Source: Clostridiales bacterium
GTDB taxonomy: Bacteria > Bacillota > Clostridia > Christensenellales > UBA1242
DNA length: 64,000 bases
Direction: 5' to 3'
NCBI GenBank assembly: GCA_015069395.1
Contig: SVIR01000001.1
Span: forward strand, 27,268-91,267
The position numbers and the translations under genes are program-made. How positions within the stretch are numbered: the stretch's first letter is position 1; the number at the start of each line of letters is the position of its first letter. Below the pieces are notes generated by a model. It saw only the letters and a program-made list of their open reading frames with translations, ran no database searches and was not told where the DNA came from. This document shows positions 45,600-54,500 of this stretch, one piece after another.

Positions 45600-48500
45600 A
45601 TGAAAAAAAGAAAAGTTCTCAGTGTTTGGAAGTCAATCTTGCTTACTTTTGCAGGAGTGCTTGGAGTTGCCGGAGTGACGGTGCTTGGAGTATATCTTAC
45701 AAAAGGTTTTGACGAAGAAAAGGTTCTCCCGGAGAGTATAGCTTTTGAACAGACGCTAGACAGTGGGCTGGGATATTTTAATTCAGAAGCAAATCGCTTT
45801 GAAGTTTCTTCGGATTTCCAAATTACTATAACAACTCCAACTGAAGGTGTTACAGAAAATGAAATTGAACTTTCATTAGACCACGGAACTTTGGACGATG
45901 GTTACATAAAAAATGATGTTATTAGAGTTCCTCAATTTGTTGAAATAGGAACCCCTTTTACAGTGCAACTTGTTACAAAAGATAATATCTCTCTTTTACA
46001 GGATTGGGTTTTTGGTGGCATTTCTACAATTACTGCAGAGTCAACAGCAGATGTAAACATTGATCACAAAAGTGCGACAATTGCTGTAGATGTTCCAGTA
46101 AAAAACATATCGGTTAAAATAGCCGGATCCGAACAAAATTTAAACGAACCGCAAAATGTAGTTGTAGGATCTTACTTCTCTCTTGAAACAATTTATTCTC
46201 CGAACGAAAGTGAAAGATTGTATAAAGAAGACTCTGCTCAAAAAGAAGTTTTCTATGATATCTTAACTACTGCGATTGACTATGATTTTGAAACCGACAA
46301 GTTTTTTGCAAAAAACAGAACTGTTGGTGAGAACAATTCAATAGTTGTTTATACTTTTAAAAATGCGTATTATCAACATGAGATTTTGACAAGGTTTGCA
46401 GCAGAAACAGATCCTGCAGACAGGTCGGCAAACATATTGGCTTATTTTAAGAGTTTAGAGAGGGAACAAGGCATTGTTGCTTATGTTTCGCGAGAGATTG
46501 ATATCAATGTTTTGGCAGTAGATGTAGCGACGGTTCAAATGCAAATTCCAACAATGAGTTCTTATGTAGACAAATATTTTACTCTTACTGCAAGCTCTGC
46601 AAAAGGCAATGCAAATCTTGATCTTGATATTCGTGATAGTAAAGGTGATAAGCTTGATTATCTTTTTGCAAACGTTGGCATAAAGATTCCAAAGGACAAC
46701 AATTTGAAAATTGTAGGAGGAAAGCTCGTTAAAGTTGAAGATGGAAAGGTTTCTGCTCCTCAAGACTATGACGACTCAATTGATTTTGCTGAAGTTGCTG
46801 ATGGTATAGAATATTATTTATTGCCAAATATCGCTCCTGCTGAGTATGGAAATTATTATTGGGATTTTGCTTCTACAGTGGAAGCTGATTATGAGTTGTT
46901 GGTTAACTTCTTCTATGAAAAAGATGGTGAATGGAAAGCCTTCTTTGGTGGAGAAGGGCAAGCAGAAAAAACTTTGACTTTCAGTACAAGACACCATTCA
47001 AACGAAGAAGATCCTTCTTGGCTTACAAACGAAGCTATAGAAATGACAATCAGTTTTGACGAAGATGGAACTGCAAATCAAGCTGTTGAAGATTTGTCTA
47101 AATTGATTAGAGGAATTGAAGCTGATAATGTTTACAAAGAGGTAAGGTATTTCTTGTTTATTGACGAAGAAGATCCAGCTGGTTTTGCAAACATAACAGT
47201 TACAGATGTTTTCAATTGTAAACCAGGAGTAGAATATACAACAAACTATCTTGGAGAAGCATTAGAAATTCCTTATACTATTGAAAGAAGCTCTTATACT
47301 TTATACGAATTGAATAGTGCACAACTTAGAGCACTGAAAAGTTTTAGTGGAAAAGTTAAAGTGGTTTTGGCAACAATCAAAACGGACGCTGACTTAAATC
47401 CAGAAATGGACGGAAATAAATATAAATTGGTTAGGGTTAGCAGACCAAAAGATGTAACGGTAGAAAGTTTATTGTCAATAGCAAATATGACACCAACATT
47501 TACATTCGATGATGTTGCAGAACAAATTGAAGAAGATTATTATCTTCCTGCAATAAACAGAAATGAAAGTGGTGCACAAAAGGATGTTGTTGACTTTAAG
47601 TTGATTTTGTCAAACAGTGAAGACCCAGAAAGCGATTCAACAAAAATTATCAATGCCTACAATTCAGGAAAATTGAAAGTTGTTTGCAAGATGGGAGAAA
47701 CAGTTGTAAATTACATAACGTTAAGAGGTTTGGTCCAAGAGACTTATGATGCAAACTCTATCACATTTACTGGAAGTTTTGCTATTGAAGAAGGTTATTT
47801 CACTCCAGGAACAAACGCTGTAGATATGAAAGGAACAAGACTTTCTCTTGAATTACAATACAACGACGGAAAAGAAGTATTTTCAAAACAAATACTTAAA
47901 GAAGGCGAACCTGACATTAATTCTTTCTATGTTTATTATCAACAGCCAGTTAGGATGGTAGGAAATTTTGAGTCTCAAAATGATCTAGATGTGAACGCTG
48001 ACGGAAAGATTGATCCTATTGAGGTTGTTAGCAGTTCTGATGGTCTTGAAATTTCTTGGGGTGGCAAAAACTTGACTTCGGACAAGCTTGAAGATACTCT
48101 TGAAAACCTTAACGATCTTCTCGCCTTCAAACTTTATGATCAGTTTGAAAAAGAAATTCCTGCCAACACGGGAGAATACTCGGTTAGATTTGTTGAAGAC
48201 ATTCCTACGGGAGAGACAGGCCTTTTAGGGTTTGACAGTTCTTATACAAAAATTCAAGCCTTTGTTTCAACTCAAGGTGTTAGCGATAGCACTACAATGA
48301 CTGTTTATGTAGTTGATAAAGAAGGAAGAATCTGCTATTCTTATGACGAAGATGGAAATCTTATATATGAAAATGATCAACCAAAACCTCTTTGTTCAAT
48401 TAGTTTAGATTTTGAAATAGTTAGTGAAGGAATTTCGTCAATTAAAAAACTCCCAGACGAATTTGAGGGAGAGTTAATTACAGATCCGACAGCCGCAAAT

Positions 48501-51500
48501 TATTCTTATGTAGACAATGGCAATATTGGAAGTGTGACAATTAGAAAAACTGTTAAGGCCGAAGAAAAAATCGAACTTGATAAATGGGTTAAGATTTATA
48601 TAGAAAAAACTAGTGAAGGCGTAACGGAAGAAGTTGAAGATACGGGCAGAGTATTTATGCTGGACGACGACTATGTGGCAACATTTAGTTCTAACACAAA
48701 AGTAGATATAATGAAAATGATTTCGTTTACTGATGCGAATGGAAATACGAGCAAGTATGATGGAACAGACAATCTGGACAACTGGAAGGGAAAGGCCATC
48801 AAAGAAATCAATGTTAAAAATCCGTTTAAAAATGACACCAGAATGCAATTTTTGATTCGCGATGCAAACGGATCGTTGTATGAAGTTTCGTTGATCTTTG
48901 AGTTTAGAGCAGATCTTTCAATTACTCCAACATTTGCTACTTATTACGAAGAAAACAAAGAGTATTTGGTGAAACAGGGCACAGCAGAAGGTGTTTTTGC
49001 AGACGAAAAGTATAGTCTTTTGAAATATTTGTCTTTGACTTCTTCTAGTGAAGAATATTCTTGGCTAACAGGTTTGGCAAACTTTTTGACTGAAGGCAAC
49101 AACCTTTTCTATTGTGAGCAAGAAGATATTTGTTATTTAGAAGTGGTTACCGACGAGGGCGGCGTTGCTGTTGATATCAATCTTGTGATTGCTCCACTTT
49201 ATCAATTTAAGACGATCACTGTAACTATATATTATGGTGTGAATTGTTCGTTTGCTTGTAGTACAACCTTCTCACTTTATGTAAATCCTAATATCGTGGC
49301 AGAACAACAATCTGAAGAAGTAGAGTTGAAAGGTTTTAACAGTCCAAATGTTAGACAATTTTACAAGTTCTATAAAGCAACAGATTATATCAAAGGAGTA
49401 AAAACAGAACTTGACACGGAAATGGTATTTGACAATATTTCTCAAGAACAATATTTGTCAATAGACGAATACAACAATATGGCTGTAGTTTCAGAAAAAA
49501 CCATAAACATTGATCTTGGAGAAACGATAAATCAAGAGTTTTCTGTAAAAGCTCAAGATGCCACAGAAACCTTAGTTTTGGTTGATGCAGTTAAGGTTTT
49601 GGTTGATGGAACAATTATACCTTGCTCATTTGACGATGAAGGTGTAAGTAAACATTTGATTTTAGGTTTAGAGATGTGTTATGGTTCTGATGCATTAGAA
49701 ACTGCAACATCTTTAATTAGAAGAGTCCTTGAAAGTGGAGAAGAAGATGTACAAGTTGTTTTGTACAATGGAGAGCCAATGCTTTTGTTGTATGAAAACT
49801 CAAAATATTCAACTCCTGATGGAATGTCAAATGTTTCAATTGATGTAAGTTCTATTAATGGAGAAATGAGAGATTTTGGTGGCGACTTGGCCACAAACAG
49901 CTTGTCAACTTATCTTGACGCCACAGACAATTCGTTTAGAATTAGTGTCGACATAAACGGTTTAAAATTAAACATTTTGCTCAGGGCTGTAATATCAAAA
50001 GTTGGAAGCAAATTTGTTCATTACGAAGACGACACAGGCGATATAAATTTCGCAGATAAAGATTTAGCTATATTGTTGGGTTCTATAGAAACCCTTGAAG
50101 AAAACGACATTTATCAAAAAATGTATGCAGGACAAGAATATGAGATAGTCTTTGAAGAATCAATAGCAGATTATCTTCCAGGTTTCTATTACAATGACAG
50201 TTTATTGGGTGTTTCTGAAAACTATTCAAGAATCTCTCTTTCAGTTGCAAAAGTGGAAGGTGGAGAAAGCAATTTGGCATCTATAACAAGTGAAAACAAA
50301 CTTAAACTCAATCACCTTTCTTCAACCTATGAAGATATTTATGTAGTGTTGAAAATTGAATTGACTGGCTATACAATGGAACCATTTAGCTGGTATTACA
50401 GAATTATGGTATTGCCAAGTTTTGAAATGGCAGATGTAACATATCCTTATGCTGACGAAGTTGAACATTTGGACGAAACGACAGAAGGTTTCAATTCTCA
50501 AACCTTGAGTTATGAAATTGATTTAGCAGAAACACTTAGCTATGAAAACAGCAAGTATGCCGATGCGACTAGATTTGGAAACGCATTGTTTATCGATGCT
50601 GGAGGAAACTTTTCTCAAACAAAGACGGTCGAAACTTCTTATAATGTTTTAAAGGTTTACGTAAATGGTGAAGTTGCTGACAATTGGAGTGCATATTTCA
50701 CTTATGAGTTTGACGAAGATATGTTCAAAATAAGACTTTTGCAAAGAGATGTTCAATTGAATGTTGTAATTCAAAGACATTTGACTAGCGAAGGTTTTGA
50801 AATGGTTGGAAGCTCTCAAAACTATACGTTCTCATTCAATCAAAGTTCAAATTATAAATTTAGAGTGACTCAAAATATAGGTGGGACGGATAAACAATTT
50901 GAAGGCGAAAGTGGAGATGTGTTTAATACAACAATCAATGCCGGAGATGGAGATGTAACATTTAAAACAGAATTGTATATTTCAAGCAATAACACTCAAA
51001 CAAAAGTTAATGATTATCAATTTGCAATTAAAGGCTCTTCTGAAGAATTGCTTAAAGCTCTCAAGTTTAAGTATTATATGCCAAAGGGCACAATCGTATA
51101 TTTGAGCGATTATACAACGCAGGACAAAATCCTTGAAAACGATCTTTTGATTAGCGAAAATTGGTTAAGCGAAGTGACAACGGAATATGATGCTGAAAAC
51201 TTGCAAATTGTTGTAGATTCTGTAACATATTATGTGAAGAAAGCCTCTGTTCAAATGTGTTTTGCTTATGTTGATTCAAACAATCTTTTGACGATTGTTC
51301 CTCAAGAAAACATTGAAGAGGACAAAACAATTTCTTTGTTGTGTTACACAACAGAAAAGGTAGTCTTTGAAATAGATGTAAAGGTTGAAAGTTATCTTGA
51401 AGCAGTTGTAAATTCAGATACAACATTGCTTGGAGGAAGAGAATATTCATTTGATGGAGAAATTTTTAAAAAGATCGGCTTCAAAGAAGGAAAACAGCCA

Positions 51501-54500
51501 GAGGGCGTAACTATCACAAACTTTGAAGTTGAGCTAAAGAACGGCGATATCGAATATCGTGAAGGATTTACGTTGGCAGATTTGATAATGATCGAAGATG
51601 GCTTGGCAGGAAAGATTTCTTTTGCTCACCTCGCCCAAGACGTAACATTTGAATTTGGTGGAAAATTTAGTCTGTCAAATAGCGCAACCTATACTTTCGG
51701 TTTTGCTTTGACAGTAGGGAAGAGCTTTGATCTTGAAAAAGAATATAGATATAGTCAATCGAAAACTGAGATCGAAACCAGTGGTCTTTCGGTTGATGTC
51801 GACAATACATTGATTTCGGCTCTCATTGGTTCTGGTTCAACGACAGGTTTTGCTTACGCAGAAAACTTTGTTGCTAAGCAAGTTGGAGAAGAAGGTTGGG
51901 CTGAAGAAAGTTTGTCTATAGGATATACTTTCAACTCGAAAGATTTGTTTGAATTTGAGGCGATTTATTCTTACTATGTACAACCAAACGTAACATTAGA
52001 TCCAAATTATCCAGCTCCAGATGGGGTTAATGAAGTTTCTGAAAAGACGGAATACGTTTCAACGAGTGCAAACGCAGATCCAACCTCAGTTGCTAAATAT
52101 ATTTCAGATTCAATAGAAAACTTCTTTGGTTCGAAAGCCAAATTTGCAATAGAAAATAGAGTTGTTGCAGAAAAACAAGGTGGATACACAGGTGAGTTGG
52201 TTTGGGATATAAATGTATCTTCAATAAGTTCAAATGCTGTTGTTTTTGTTATGAATGGAGCTTCAATAGCAAAAACAATTACAAATTCGACCTCAGACAA
52301 GAGAATTTCCACCTCTACAGATGTTGATCTAAAATTTGGTCTTTCAGACACATCTTCAAACGGCACGGTTGTGTTTGATGTTACTGTAAATGGTGTTGCA
52401 AAACTTTATAGCGTTACAATTGTGGCAGGAAGCATAATAAAAGTTGATACTTATCCTACAAACTACACAAACGACGGAGAAGTGTTGTTTGCAGAAGACC
52501 TATCGGCTTATGAAGAAAAGGAAATTTTCAAGCAAGATAGAATCTTGAGTTATACATTAAATTCAAGTGCTACAAATGGAAAATATTATGTAGTAGTTAA
52601 AAAAGGAAACGTTACAGAAATAATCGATATTGACAATACAACAATTAATAGTCAAGTTAATAAAGATCTTGGAAAAAGCTTTGTAGGATATGAATATGCA
52701 GGAACATACTCAGATAAAGATCTTGAAACTAGAGCAGAAGGCATTTATGCTCAAGCTCCAGTAATAACAAGCAGAATTGTTGCCTCTTATTACAATGGTG
52801 ACAAATTAAAGCTAGCAGATTCTGATATTTTGCTCAATGGAACATCAGTTTCAGATGTTGAAATTTCAACAACAAATCTCAATCAAGTACAAGAATGGTC
52901 TATTAGAATTTCTGGAATTTCGACAACGTTTGTTTATAAAACATATCTTACTCTTGAATTGAGCGTTAAAGGAGATGCTCAAGTAAAAGATGGAAAGGTA
53001 TCAACATACACAACAGTAGAGCTTAAAGCTGGAGAAACAGTAAATTTGTTGTCTTTGACGTCATTCAAAATTACAAATCAAAGAACAAACTCTCTTTATA
53101 CTTCTTTCGGAGATTGTGAAGGAACTGTAGATTTAGCTGTTTATGGATTGGATATATCTTGGACAGAAGACGATGGCTCTGTAGCAGATATCTATGATAG
53201 ATATTTTAAGGCATTTGAAGAAAACGGTATCAAATATCTAACAGGTATTTCTCCTTATTATGGAGTTTCAACAGACAATAAATATCTTAGACTTTCACAA
53301 CCTATAGGAAGCAGTCAGATTACTGATTATACAATTCAAGCACTAGGAGCAGGAAACGACGGAAATCACGTCTTAATGAAACTTACATATATAGTTGACA
53401 TTGGAAGTGGAACTGTTTCAGTAAGTTATGATTTATTGTTTAAAGTTGTTCCAAACACAAATATTGAATTTAAAACATTGCCTAATGAAATTGCTACAAT
53501 AGAAGCTTCAAAAGAAATAATTAACTTTTCTTCTATCGCAAGCAACTATGTTGATCCATACAAGCTCTCAGGAATAACTTCAGATGCAACTCTTTGGCTC
53601 TATGGTGCAGCAAATGAAAACAATGATGCGATTTTGGCTTATATGTATGGTTCTTCAACAAATTTAGCAAGTCAATTTACCTATACTTATACAATCGGAA
53701 CTCCTCAAAATTATAATGACTTTGATCAGTTAGACGATTCAACAGATGGCACCCTTATAGACTCAGGCTGGGTGGATGGTTCAGGCAAGTACACTGCAAG
53801 TTCGGGACAAAGCTCTGTTAGCTTGAGAGTTCCTGAATTAGAACTTGGAGCAAAACATTTTGTGCTTACAGCAATAAACAAATATGGCTATCAAATGAAA
53901 TTCTACTTTGATTTGACAGCACCTATCAATCCACAGGTTTCTCTTAGCACTTCAACATTTGTTGAAGGCAGCACATTGGCATTCGGTATCAAATATAAAG
54001 AAGTGTCAATTGAAAAGACAAGTGAAGGCTTGGTTCAACACGATTCATTTAAATATGAAAGCAAGGTTGTTACTGGTGTAACTGCAACAAACTATTATAC
54101 AGATCAAATCAAAATTACTGGAGCTATAGGTGGAACAGAAAGCTACGTCAACCAAATCATTTTAACCCTTGAAGATAATGGTATGACTTATGAGAAAACT
54201 ATTACCCCAGTAGCAGTTTCTGAAATTGCAGTTGTTAGAGTCTCAGGAGAATGGACAGATATAGAAGGTACAGATACTCGTACATTTGAAGTTGAATATT
54301 TGGCCATGACAAGCAAGACGATAAATGTTTCTGTTTCTTTGAATAGTGGAAATGATCCGGCATTGATGGGGTATTCTTTAAATGTTCAGTACATTACAAA
54401 AGATGGATCGACTGCACTTACAGAAGAAATAGCCTTGCCAACAAACAGTCACAAAGCTTCACCAAATGACATTACTCCAAGTTTCACATATACATCAGGT